Shown one piece after another: positions 45,795 to 54,804 of a DNA stretch of 63,556 bases. The notes below the pieces were generated by a model. The model did not search any database and was not told where the DNA came from. It saw only the letters and a program-made list of their open reading frames with translations. The position numbers were made by a program, and so were the translations under genes. The DNA comes from Myxococcales bacterium (GTDB lineage Bacteria; Myxococcota_A; UBA9160; UBA4427), in the NCBI GenBank assembly GCA_012959665.1, contig DUCT01000222.1:1-63556 (forward strand). The letters are read 5' to 3'. Numbering within the stretch: position 1 is the stretch's first letter; each line of letters opens with the position of its first letter.

Positions 45795-47216
45795 TTAGCG
45801 CCCGAGGACTTCGAGATACTGGTCGCGGATCGCCTTGATCTCTTGGTCGAGTCCTTCGACGGTCCAGTTCGATGTCTGCACCGGCGGAAGTACCACCGCT
45901 TCCACGGTGGCCGGGCGGACCACTAGGGCATCCTTGGGCAGGGCATCGAGCACGTTCCGGAAGACCACGGGGACGATGGGAACGCCTGCCTGCATGGCCA
46001 TATGAAACGCACCCTTCTTAAAGGCGCCCAGGCGCGGGGTCAGGGAGCGCGTGCCCTCGGGCGCAATCGCGAGGGACAGGCCGTCGCCCAGGGCCTGCAC
46101 CGCGGGCTCCAGGGCTTCGATTGCCCGGGCCGTGTTGAAACGATCGACGAAGACCACGCCGCTGGCCGCCAGCAAGGGGCCGAAGAGTGGATTCTTCAGC
46201 AATTCCTTCTTGCCCACACCGGTGACGTCGCGCCGCACGAGCTTGGCCATCAAGATCAAGTCGAGCCCGCTCTGGTGATTGAAGATAAAAACCGCCGGCC
46301 GCTGGGCCCAGAGGTTCTCCTCGCCTTCCACGCGCAGGTCCACGCCGGAGAGCGAAGTCGCGAGATCGCCAAAGAGCGCGCCGCCGGTATTGATCGCCTC
46401 CCGGCGACTGCCACTCACCAGGCCCGCGAGCAAACCCGCGCCCAGGGAAGGCGCCAGGCTGGCATACGCCAACGCGGTGCGCGCCCAGTCCTCGGCTCCC
46501 GGCGTGCCGCGACTGCTGAAGCGGCGCACCGGCCAGTGACGCTCCTTGGCAATCTGGGCCAGGCGCCGGTTGGGGTTCAGGGGACGCGGCCGGCCCACGA
46601 TCTCGAGCAGGGGCATATCCTCGTCGCTGTCGGTATAAAAGAAGCTCTGGGCCAGATCCAGATCGTGGGATTCCGCCAACTGGCGGCCCGCTTCGGCCTT
46701 GCCCTCTCCCCAGCAGGTGGGATGAACGACCCGGCCAGTAAATACGCCGTCCTCGACATCCAGCCGGGTGCAGAGCACGTGGGGGATGTTCATCTCCTTG
46801 GCCAGGGGCTCGGCCTGGTAACGGGTGGCCGAAGAGACAATGGCCACGGTGTGGCCCATCGCCTGGTGGGCCTCCACCAGCGCCCGGGATTCGGGATAGA
46901 TCTGGGTGGCCAGGTGCTTGGCAAAGACCTCGTCGCCGATCTCGAGCAGGACTTCCTCAGCCAGGCCGCGATAGGCGGCGGCGGTGGCCACCATCATGCC
47001 CGAGAAGCCCGTGCGCCCCAGGCCAAAGCTCAGGGCGCCGCGCAGGGAATCCACCACCTCCTTGGGCGCCATGCGTCCGGACAGGAGCCGCTCAAAGAAG
47101 AAGGACGCCGCCGAAAAGCCCGCCAACAATGTGCGATCGAGATCGAAGAACGCCCCGACTTTTGGACCCGAAGGCCCTTGCTGGATCTCTTTTGTCAGGC
47201 GCTGATGAAGGCTCAA
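45795..47216 (-). CDS. HAD-IB hydrolase fused to a 1-acyl-sn-glycerol-3-phosphate acyltransferase (PlsC-like) domain
   Basis: N-terminus FFDLDRTLL (HAD motif I) ... YTDSDEDMPLL. C-terminal half FIFNHQSGLDLIL (HxxxxD) and IAPEGTRS. Lies 16 nt downstream of plsB. Confidence 0.88.
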   Translation of the reverse strand: MSLHQRLTKEIQQGPSGPKVGAFFDLDRTLLAGFSAASFFFERLLSGRMAPKEVVDSLRGALSFGLGRTGFSGMMVATAAAYRGLAEEVLLEIGDEVFAKHLATQIYPESRALVEAHQAMGHTVAIVSSATRYQAEPLAKEMNIPHVLCTRLDVEDGVFTGRVVHPTCWGEGKAEAGRQLAESHDLDLAQSFFYTDSDEDMPLLEIVGRPRPLNPNRRLAQIAKERHWPVRRFSSRGTPGAEDWARTALAYASLAPSLGAGLLAGLVSGSRREAINTGGALFGDLATSLSGVDLRVEGEENLWAQRPAVFIFNHQSGLDLILMAKLVRRDVTGVGKKELLKNPLFGPLLAASGVVFVDRFNTARAIEALEPAVQALGDGLSLAIAPEGTRSLTPRLGAFKKGAFHMAMQAGVPIVPVVFRNVLDALPKDALVVRPATVEAVVLPPVQTSNWTVEGLDQEIKAIRDQYLEVLGR

Positions 47217-47391
47217 GGGGCTCCCTTATTTGGCCGCGCCATTCTACCAGTGAATTCGATCGTCTACCCGGGTTCTCTGCCCCAAAAGGTGAGCTTTAGA
47301 ACCTTCCTTGGAGAAGCGGGTCCTTCGCCCTCCCTGTGGCAGGTATATCCGCGGTTCCAGCCGCCCGGAGACGAGAGCCGCCAAGATTCCC

Positions 47392-49146
47392 CTACTCCGC
47401 CGCCTCGGCCCAGGGCTCCCGGTCTTCCTCGCCTCCGCCGAAGGCGTCTGGATCGAAGAAGATCTGGGTCAGGGGCGCATGGATTTCCGGCCCCAGAGGC
47501 CAGGCCTCGAGGACGGCAAGCAGTTCGGCCACGCGCCCAGGTTGCTCGGCGGCTCGGTCCCGCTTCTCCTCTGGGTCCTGGTAGATCTCGTAGAGCTCGG
47601 GTTTGGGATCACCGAAAGGCGGGGGCGAGGGAACCACCAGCTTCCACGGGCTGCGGATCAACGCCACGCCCCCTAAACCCTGGACGCGAAAGTCCGGGGG
47701 GCGAGCGCCCTGCCCGGCCGTGTTCTCGCCTTCGAGGATCTCGCGCCATCGGCCGACGCCGTCCAGGCCCGACGGGATCATCTCCGACACCCCCGCGGCC
47801 TGCAGCAGCGTGGGCAGCACATCCTGGGCGGTCACAAACACCGAGCTCGTGCCCGGCCGGGTATGGCCCGGCCACCAGAGCGCCGAAGGAACCCGGATGC
47901 CACCCTCGTACACCGAACCCTTGCCCTCCCTTAGCGGGGCGTTGTCGCTGGCGCCGTCCTGGACATTGGTGCGCAAAAATTCCAGGGCTTCCACCGGCAG
48001 GGGCTCTCCGAAGATCGACACTAGAAAATTCATCGCGCTCACCAGGCCCTCGGGGTTGGCCGAGGGATTGAGCCCGCCGTTGTCGCTGAAAAACCAGACC
48101 AGGGTGTCATCCCCCATGCCCTCGGCCTCGAGCTTGGCCAGGATTCGCCCAATCGCTGTATCCAGTTCGGCCACCATACCCGCGTGAATTCTTCGCCGGG
48201 CGTCCAAGCTTTCCGGGTAGGCGGCGATCGTGGCCTCGGGGGCCTCGTTGGGGAGATGTGGCGCGTTGAACGAAGCGAATAGAAAAGTCGGGCGGGCCTT
48301 GTCCCGAGTTTCAAGCAGGCGCAGGGCCTCGTCGGCAATCAAGCGGGTCGCGTATCCGGATTCGCGAACCGTCACGCCGTTGCGTTGCCAATCGTGCCCC
48401 CCTCCGTGGTTGTGATCCCAATAGCCAATGCCCCCGGTGACATGACCGTAGAAGTGCTCGAAGCCCCGGGCCTGGGGGAAATAGCGTCTCTGTCGGTGGC
48501 CCAAGTGCCATTTGCCCACCATCAGTGCCTGGTAGCCCACGGCGGCGAGATACTGGGGAAGGATTTTCTCATCCAGGGGCAGCCCGGTCGGATCGAGCTT
48601 CGAGATCGGTTGGACGATGCCCAGGCGCGCCGGCGATTTGCCCGTCATCACCGCGGCCCGGGTGGGGCTGCAGATGGGCTGGACGTAGAAGCGTTCGAGG
48701 CGAATGCCCTGGGTCGCGATCCTGTCGATCTGCGGCGTCCGGATCTCACTGCCCCGAAAGCCCACATCGCGCCAGCCCAGATCGTCCGCCATGATCAAAA
48801 CGACATTCGGCGGGGCGGAAGTGGATGCGGGAGAAGTGGATGGGGCGGAAGTGGAGGGGAGGGAAGTGGAGGGGGCGGAAGTGGCCGGGGGAGAGATTGG
48901 AGAGGCAAGGACTGGAGAGGCAAGGACCGGAGAGGCAAGGACCGGAGGGCCAAGCATCGGAGAGGCAAGGATCGCCGCCCCAACAAGGAGCCAGAACCCG
49001 GCGGCGAGGGTCAGCGGCTCTCGAGTGACCTCGGACTCAATTTCGCCTATGCGAAAGCCCACACGAATAGCGAGACCGACCCGAATCGCCTCGGCTGCCT
49101 TGGCCGAGGCTTGGGCATCACGGCCGTTCGGATTCACGTGCCCCAC
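47392..49146 (-). CDS. Arylsulfatase (formylglycine/Cys-type) with a repetitive Pro/Ser/Ala/Thr linker
   Basis: PNVVLIMADDLGWRDVGF...QPICSPTRAAVMTGK (C-x-P-x-R), GKWHLG, FFSDNGG. N-terminal TM helix followed by (PVLAS)n(APSTS)n repeats. Start codon uncertain. Confidence 0.9.
   Translation of the reverse strand: MGHVNPNGRDAQASAKAAEAIRVGLAIRVGFRIGEIESEVTREPLTLAAGFWLLVGAAILASPMLGPPVLASPVLASPVLASPISPPATSAPSTSLPSTSAPSTSPASTSAPPNVVLIMADDLGWRDVGFRGSEIRTPQIDRIATQGIRLERFYVQPICSPTRAAVMTGKSPARLGIVQPISKLDPTGLPLDEKILPQYLAAVGYQALMVGKWHLGHRQRRYFPQARGFEHFYGHVTGGIGYWDHNHGGGHDWQRNGVTVRESGYATRLIADEALRLLETRDKARPTFLFASFNAPHLPNEAPEATIAAYPESLDARRRIHAGMVAELDTAIGRILAKLEAEGMGDDTLVWFFSDNGGLNPSANPEGLVSAMNFLVSIFGEPLPVEALEFLRTNVQDGASDNAPLREGKGSVYEGGIRVPSALWWPGHTRPGTSSVFVTAQDVLPTLLQAAGVSEMIPSGLDGVGRWREILEGENTAGQGARPPDFRVQGLGGVALIRSPWKLVVPSPPPFGDPKPELYEIYQDPEEKRDRAAEQPGRVAELLAVLEAWPLGPEIHAPLTQIFFDPDAFGGGEEDREPWAEAAE
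48812..48973. repeat. Two adjacent coding 15-bp tandem arrays (5 units each) in the sulfatase N-terminal linker
   Basis: Array 1 has GGAAGTGGA cores at 48817, 48832, 48847, 48862 and 48877 (encodes the STSAP-type pentapeptide on the minus strand). Array 2 has GGAGAGGCAAGGA cores at 48899, 48914, 48929, 48944 (degenerate) and 48959 (encodes PVLAS). Confidence 0.9.
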
Positions 49147-49328
49147 CTCTCAGGCCTTTTTTCGGCCCTTCGCCAACGACGCTATCGGCCACGCCCTCCC
49201 CCATTGGTTTCTTCGACACTCCCCGGGTTGTCGGCGCATCCGACCTCGTCCGTCGCTTTAAAATTTTCCAGCACCTCTTGCATTCTTCGACTTGGCAAAT
49301 CCCTGGCCAGCGCCTGTCCGGATCCCAG

Positions 49329-49433
49329 CTCTCAGTTCCCCGACTCTCAGTTCCCCAGCTCTCAATTCCCCGGCTCTCAGTTCCCCAGCTCTCAGTTCCC
49401 CGGCTCTCAGTTCCCGGGCTCTCGGCTCCGAAA
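49329..49433. repeat. Tandem repeat, 7 x 15 bp (CTCTCAGTTCCCCRR)
   Basis: Units start at 49329, 49344, 49359, 49374, 49389, 49404 and 49419 (the last is degenerate). They lie in the divergent region between the sulfatase start and the frameshifted gene. The array is in frame with the TTG-initiated ORF 49292..49954 and would encode (PALSS)n. Confidence 0.92.
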
Positions 49434-49498
49434 GCTCGGTGAGTATACAGCGGCGCGAACATTGGCCGGAGCGACTCGAGGCGGATACGATCTTGCCC

Positions 49499-50136
49499 AT
49501 GACGGACAGCGATCGTCAGAAACCCCAACCCGGCTATTGGCCTTCGGCCTGGCCCGTGGAGTGCGGGGGCAATCGTCGCCAGAAGGCCCGGGCGGGCCGA
49601 CTCGATGCGACCTCGGGCGACGCGGAAGTCGTTTTTCGCAACACCGGGCGCTGGAACATCATGGCCATCGAGCGCGATCCAGGGCAGTGGTTTGTAGGCG
49701 GCACCATGGCGGCCTCCGCATCGACTTCGACGACGGCCGAGTGGAAAGCCTCATTCCGTTCGGCAACGAGGGCGGCGGCATTATCGCGCCACCGGTCCAC
49801 GTCCCGGAACTCAATCGCGCGGTCTGCTGGGATTCCCTGCGCGGCGGCTTGGCGGGGGTCGATACCTCGGGGAGCGGCCTCTCCGTGGCCTGGACCCTGG
49901 CCTTGCGGCCCTCCATGCAGCCCGTGGTCTTTCCCGAATCGGGCGAACTCGTGATCAATGACTTCACCGAAAGCGGAAGCGACGACCTGGTGGTCGTGGA
50001 CCTGGAGAGCGGTGAACTGGTTGACCGGGTGTACACCGGCTCACGAATCGCCAACGGAATGTTCCTGAGCCCGGGCAGTGATCGCGATATTTTCTACTGC
50101 TCGACCCTCGGTCTTGCCCGGGTGGCCTGGCATTGA
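49499..50136 (+). pseudogene. Hypothetical gene split over two reading frames (frameshift near 49690-49710), coupled to yfhO
   Basis: Frame A (ATG 49499): MTDSDRQKPQPGYWPSAWPVECGG...ERDPGQWFVGGT. Protein-like sequence then continues in frame B: GGLRIDFDDGRVESLIPFGNEGGG...VVVDLESGELVDRVYTGSRIANGMFL...ARVAWH*. The frame-B stop overlaps the yfhO-like TTG start (TTGA). A shorter intact ORF starting from an internal GTG is also possible. Confidence 0.45.
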
Positions 50137-52343
50137 GTTCAGCCCTCGAGCCGGGAACGAAGGGACAGACGGCGCGTACACTGGCGATCTTGGGGATCTT
50201 GGCAATGGGGCTCCTGGCCGCCATCCTCTGGTTCCACCGCATTGAGTTCGATGCCCCGAACGTCCACCGAACCCTGATTCAATCCGACACCTATCGCTAT
50301 TTTCACCCCGTCGCCGAATTCATCCACAACGAAGTCAACGCCGGCCGGCTCCCCCTGTGGAACCCCTACCAAATGGCGGGGCAGCCCTTCCTGGCCCTCC
50401 CGGTCACCGGGGCGCTCTATCCCCTAAATCTGTTGATCATGGGCCTGTTCGAGGCCAACACCGCGCTGGGTGTTCATGCCGTTCTGCATTTTTTTCTCGC
50501 GGGCCTCTTCACCGCACTGCTCGCTCGGCGACTCGGCCTGGGACTGGCCCCAAGCAGCGCGGCCGCCCTGGCCTACATGCTCTCGGGGCCCATGCTCCTG
50601 GGGCTCTACATGTCGGTGCATTTCTCCACCCAGGCCTGGCTTCCCGCCATCCTCTGGGCGCTGCACGGCCTGCTCTCCGAGGCCCGACTGAAATGGGCCC
50701 TGGCATTGGCGCTCTTTGCGAGCCTGACCTGTTATGGGGGCTACCCCCAGTTGTTTCTGTATATCGCTCAATTCAGCGGGCTCTTTGCCCTGGGCTCGTT
50801 CTTTTTCCTGACCCCTCCGGGCGCTCGGCTTCGGGTCATGCTGCTGCTCGGCCTGTCCGGGGCACTGGCCCTGGGCTGGATGATGCCCTTGCTGCTCCCG
50901 CAATTCGAGTTCACTCAGGAAGCCTCCCGCGGTCTTCAGGGGTTGACCCTCCAGCAGGCTTCGTTCCCCTTCATCTTGACCAACGCCCTGGTGGACGGAG
51001 CCACCCGGGATCTTGTCGATGTGGCCATGGCGAACCCAGCCGGGCCGGTCCTGGGGCGGGTGGCCCTGCCCGCCCTCTTCCTCCCCCTGGCCCTCTGCGG
51101 CCTGCTCGTACCCGGGGCCAGGGGCTACTGGATCTTCTTCGCGTTTTCGGCCCTGGGCACGGGACTGCTCATGCTCGGCCCCCAAAGCCCGGTCTTCGAG
51201 GTCTACTACCGCTTGCCCCTGACTGCCCTCTTTCGCGGGCCCATCCGCCTGGCTTTTCTCTATGCCTTCTGCGCCGCCATGCTCCTGGGATTGGGCGTCC
51301 AAGGTCTGACGACCTTCGTCGCCAAAAGACAAACGCCAGGATGGGCGGCCCCTGTCTTGGGCTTTGTTCTGGTCTTCATCATCGCGGGCGACGCGTACAT
51401 GCGAACCCGCCTGAACTCCGCGCATCCCTCGAGCCACGAAAACGCACGGGGAGCGCCCAAGGAATTGATCGACTTCCTACGCGCCCGGCCCGGGCGAGAG
51501 CGGATCTACTTTGAGACGCGTCACCTCTATGCGCCGGGCTTCCTGCTGAAGGCCGGGTCCATGAATCAAATTTTCGTCGCCGGCGACTACGAACCCAGTC
51601 TCTATCGTGGCTACCTCGATTATTTTGAATACACCGGAAGTACTCCCTGGCACGGAAACTCCACGATTCTGACCCGGGACCGCCCCCATGCCGCGTATAT
51701 CGACCCGCAGCTCCTTGACCTGATGAGCGTGCGCTTCTACGGGGCCTTCGAACCCGGCCGCGTCGACCAGCTTCCTGAACTCAAGGAGCGGTTCGGTCCT
51801 GCTCGAGCGCGCCTGGGCTCGGTCAAGGTCTACGAAACCGAAAGCGCCCTGCCCCGGGCCTACACCGTCGAGCATATCCATATCGCCTCGGACCAGGCCA
51901 CGGCGATCCGGGCCATACGCGACGAGAGTTTTTCGCCGCGAACGATGGCCGTGGTGTCGGGCACCACCGCGGAACTGCCGCCTACTCTGGTGGGTTGGGG
52001 AGAACAGGCGGAACCCGAGGAGCCGACCCTCCAAGAAAGCCGAATCACTCATTTCTCTCCCCAGGCGGTAGTGATCGAAACGGACTGCCCAAAGCCTTGC
52101 CTCGCGGTTCTGACCGATCTCGATTACCCGGGCTGGCAAGCCGAGGTCGATGGCATCCCCACCCCCATCGTCCGGGTGAATGGACTTTTTCGCGGCGTGG
52201 GACTCGCGCCCGGCAAGCACGTGATTGCCTACCGCTTCGCGCCGAGCAGCTTCTCCCTTGGACTCTGGATCGCCCTGGGCGCGAGCGCTCTCGGCTTGGC
52301 CGCCTGGGTGGCCGACCGCCGCTGGCCCCACGGCGTCGCCTGA
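50133..52343 (+). CDS. YfhO-family polytopic membrane protein (GT-C-like glycosyltransferase)
   Basis: 736 aa. Many TM helices over roughly the first 430 aa, then a large C-terminal extracytoplasmic domain and a final TM helix. N-terminal YRYFHPVAEFIHNEVNAGRLPLWNPYQMAGQPFLA...LNLLI resembles the YfhO family by eye. Confidence 0.75.
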   Translation: MSSALEPGTKGQTARTLAILGILAMGLLAAILWFHRIEFDAPNVHRTLIQSDTYRYFHPVAEFIHNEVNAGRLPLWNPYQMAGQPFLALPVTGALYPLNLLIMGLFEANTALGVHAVLHFFLAGLFTALLARRLGLGLAPSSAAALAYMLSGPMLLGLYMSVHFSTQAWLPAILWALHGLLSEARLKWALALALFASLTCYGGYPQLFLYIAQFSGLFALGSFFFLTPPGARLRVMLLLGLSGALALGWMMPLLLPQFEFTQEASRGLQGLTLQQASFPFILTNALVDGATRDLVDVAMANPAGPVLGRVALPALFLPLALCGLLVPGARGYWIFFAFSALGTGLLMLGPQSPVFEVYYRLPLTALFRGPIRLAFLYAFCAAMLLGLGVQGLTTFVAKRQTPGWAAPVLGFVLVFIIAGDAYMRTRLNSAHPSSHENARGAPKELIDFLRARPGRERIYFETRHLYAPGFLLKAGSMNQIFVAGDYEPSLYRGYLDYFEYTGSTPWHGNSTILTRDRPHAAYIDPQLLDLMSVRFYGAFEPGRVDQLPELKERFGPARARLGSVKVYETESALPRAYTVEHIHIASDQATAIRAIRDESFSPRTMAVVSGTTAELPPTLVGWGEQAEPEEPTLQESRITHFSPQAVVIETDCPKPCLAVLTDLDYPGWQAEVDGIPTPIVRVNGLFRGVGLAPGKHVIAYRFAPSSFSLGLWIALGASALGLAAWVADRRWPHGVA

Positions 52344-52352
52344 TCCCTCGAA

Positions 52353-53090
52353 TCAGTTCGGGCCGTCGCGACGGGCGATGCACACCAGCGAAACGCCCAC
52401 AGGCAGATCGAAGCGGAGCAGAAGCCACGCCTCGAGATCGTAGAGACGCGTAAGCAAACCGTTGAGCCAAGCGGGCACCGCCCAGAAATCCGTCTCCGGT
52501 GCGAAGCGGCCCAGGCCCAGCCGATACGAAAGGATTCGCCATAGCGCGGCCAACGGGAAAAGAAGCGCGTTGGTATAGGTTCTTCGTTCCGGAGTCAGCC
52601 CCGCCGCGCGAATCACCGCCTCGAGTTGCCCAGCCGAATAGCGACGCCGGTGTTCGAAAGTCTCGTCGTGCTTGCTCCAGAGAAACTGGAACGCCGGCAC
52701 CGCAACGACGATTCGGCCTCCCGGGGCCACGAGATCGGCCACGTTTTCAAGGAAGGCGATATCGTCGTCCAGATGCTCGATGACATCGAGGAGCAGGACC
52801 GTGTCGAAACTGCCCTTCGGAAAGGGAAGCTGGTTCAGGTCGCTCCGGACCAGGGTTTCGAAACCCCGCTTCTTGCATATCTGAAGCGCCAACTCCGAAC
52901 GATCGGTCCCCACGCAGGGCCGCCGAGACATCCAGTTGCGAAGAACTCCGCCGGTGCCACAACCCAAATCAAGCAGAACACCTTCGCCGGGATCCCGGGC
53001 CAGAAGTGCGTTCAGGATCTTCCTCTTCCCCACGAACCACCAGTGGTTCTCCTCGATCCGGTCAAGGAGCTCGAATTCGCGATCGTTCAC
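52353..53090 (-). CDS. Class I SAM-dependent methyltransferase
   Basis: 245 aa. EENHWWFVGKRKIL, then VLLDLGCGTGG (motif I). Its start overlaps the upstream methyltransferase stop by 4 nt. Confidence 0.88.
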   Translation of the reverse strand: MNDREFELLDRIEENHWWFVGKRKILNALLARDPGEGVLLDLGCGTGGVLRNWMSRRPCVGTDRSELALQICKKRGFETLVRSDLNQLPFPKGSFDTVLLLDVIEHLDDDIAFLENVADLVAPGGRIVVAVPAFQFLWSKHDETFEHRRRYSAGQLEAVIRAAGLTPERRTYTNALLFPLAALWRILSYRLGLGRFAPETDFWAVPAWLNGLLTRLYDLEAWLLLRFDLPVGVSLVCIARRDGPN

Positions 53091-53845
53091 CGAGCCTGCC
53101 CTCCCCCGTCCTGGCCGGCTTGTGCGCTGAGCAACAGGAATGGAAGCAGCGGCCCAAAGACCCGCATTCTTTCAATCCCCTCCTCCAGCCGAGCCGCCTT
53201 GGTAAATCGGTTGATGATCTGGGGTGGGAAAAATCCGAAGCGCCGAGTGGCGCATGACACCAGGCCACCGGAAGCCAAAGCCCTTTCCACGCCCCGGCTA
53301 CTCAATCGGAACATGCCCTTCTCCTCGGCCCAGGTCATGTCCTCGCAAAATGCCACCTGGGCGGCAAACAGGGGGTTGCGCCGATTGGGTTCAATGAAGC
53401 CCATCCGCCCGCCGGTCTCCAGGCATGAGACCAACCGGGCAATGGCGGCCCGGTAATCCGGAAGGTGATGCAGGATGAAAAAGCCCACCACGAAATCAAA
53501 AGGCCCCCCCAAGGCGTCGACATTCAACTGCTGAAGGTCCGCACAATGCGGTCGGCAGCGCTCGGACGACACCCCGCGATCGTCACGGGCCTCGACCAGA
53601 CGGGCGAGTGCCGCTTCCGAAAGATCCAGCGCCACCAGGGACTCACAATGTTTGAGCAACTCGAACGTAAATCGGCCAAACCCCGCGCCGACCTCGAGGA
53701 CCCTCGCCCCCGGCTTGATGCCCATTTCCTCGACTAGCCGGGCCACCAACCGGGCCGAATAGACGTCCGTGGCCTGGGGTTGAAGATGGGCGTGGGAGCG
53801 CGACGCGTAGAATTCGCGCTGGGCCTCCACGGGATCCCTCGCCAT
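53087..53845 (-). CDS. Class I SAM-dependent methyltransferase
   Basis: Start at Met85 of the track ORF (MARDPVEAQREFY...), which overlaps the GT2 stop. RVLEVGAGFGRFTFEL (motif I). Confidence 0.85.
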   Translation of the reverse strand: MARDPVEAQREFYASRSHAHLQPQATDVYSARLVARLVEEMGIKPGARVLEVGAGFGRFTFELLKHCESLVALDLSEAALARLVEARDDRGVSSERCRPHCADLQQLNVDALGGPFDFVVGFFILHHLPDYRAAIARLVSCLETGGRMGFIEPNRRNPLFAAQVAFCEDMTWAEEKGMFRLSSRGVERALASGGLVSCATRRFGFFPPQIINRFTKAARLEEGIERMRVFGPLLPFLLLSAQAGQDGGGQAR

Positions 53846-54750
53846 CAAGCCGGCTTTCCTCCCCGGCCGTCCAGGTTCGTCGACCAACGCTCCCCGTATT
53901 CGCCCAGGGGGTTGAGCGCAGCGTAGCGGCCCAGCAGGGAATAGCCGCGAATCCGCAGGAGCCCGATGAAGGCCATTAACCCATCCCGGAGCATGCTGAC
54001 CTTGGTCCCGGGCTGATCCTCCCAATAGACGGGCACCTCGACCAGTCTTCGCCCCTGTTTCTTGGCCAGGAAGAGAATCTCGGCGTCGAAGCTCCAATCA
54101 TGCACCCGCGAGAGTCCGAACAGGTTCTTACCCACCTTGGCATCAAAGGCCTTGAAACCGCAGGTCACATCCGAGACGTCGATGAGCATTCGCCGAACAA
54201 GAAAGGTAAAGGCCTTCCCCATCAGTTCACGAAACTTGGGCTGGTGGACCGCGATGACTGCCTGGGCGCTCTTCCGAGTTCCGATAACCATTTCAAAGCC
54301 GGCATCCAGCTTTTCGAGCAACCGATCGACCTCCCGAATGGGTGTCGAAAGGTCCGAGTCCGTAAACAGGATTTGCTCGCCCCGGGCCGCCTCGAAGCCC
54401 ACCTTCAACGCATACCCCTTGCCGCGATTCGGCGTGTACCCCAGGAATCGCACGGGCGTCGAGAGACCCATGGCCGCCTCTCGCGCAACCGCGGATGTTT
54501 CATCCTGACTGCCATCATCGACAATCAGGATTTCGCTCGTATAGGGGCGCCCTGCCAGGTACGCGTCCATCTCGCGAAGCGAGGCCGTGATGCGCAAAGC
54601 CTCGTTGTAGGCCGGGATCAGCAGGGTCAGGCGGGGGTGATCCTCGGACGAGACCTCGGCCGCGGGTCCATTCGTGTCATCGCTCTCTGTCATGCCTTGT
54701 GCACCACTCCGCCCAGACGAATTCGCCGCGGCCCAGTATCCTTCATCCAA
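53845..54750 (-). CDS. Family-2 glycosyltransferase, polyprenol-phosphate sugar synthase type (GtrB/CsbB/DPM1-like)
   Basis: LTLLIPAYNE...ILIVDDGSQDET...NRGKGYALKVGF...FTDSDLS (DxD). About 300 aa soluble GT-A of the Dpm1/GtrB type. An alternative start is at Met20 (54693). Confidence 0.92.
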   Translation of the reverse strand: MDEGYWAAANSSGRSGAQGMTESDDTNGPAAEVSSEDHPRLTLLIPAYNEALRITASLREMDAYLAGRPYTSEILIVDDGSQDETSAVAREAAMGLSTPVRFLGYTPNRGKGYALKVGFEAARGEQILFTDSDLSTPIREVDRLLEKLDAGFEMVIGTRKSAQAVIAVHQPKFRELMGKAFTFLVRRMLIDVSDVTCGFKAFDAKVGKNLFGLSRVHDWSFDAEILFLAKKQGRRLVEVPVYWEDQPGTKVSMLRDGLMAFIGLLRIRGYSLLGRYAALNPLGEYGERWSTNLDGRGGKPA

Positions 54751-54804
54751 ACTATTGCTGCTAGAAGGCAGGCGATGAAACTCAGAGCCCCGCTGGCCAG
54801 CGCC

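Noticed and set aside
46002-48071. 689-aa plus-strand ORF spanning the HAD-PlsC and sulfatase genes
   Set aside because: It crosses an intergenic region and two well-supported minus-strand genes, and its composition is extremely Arg/Pro/Gly/Ala-biased. Treated as an artefact. The same reasoning applies to 43434..44804, 44808..45926, 56018..57289, 24343..25581, 31167..32663, 33853..34806, 21235..22224, 11323..12159, 36679..37887, 62341..62949 and 62983..63519.
48385-49498. Upstream 370 codons of the 583-aa ORF 48385..50136
   Set aside because: This part is antisense to the sulfatase gene and then crosses the intergenic repeat array. Only the last 147 codons or so look like real protein, and these are reported as part of the frameshifted gene.
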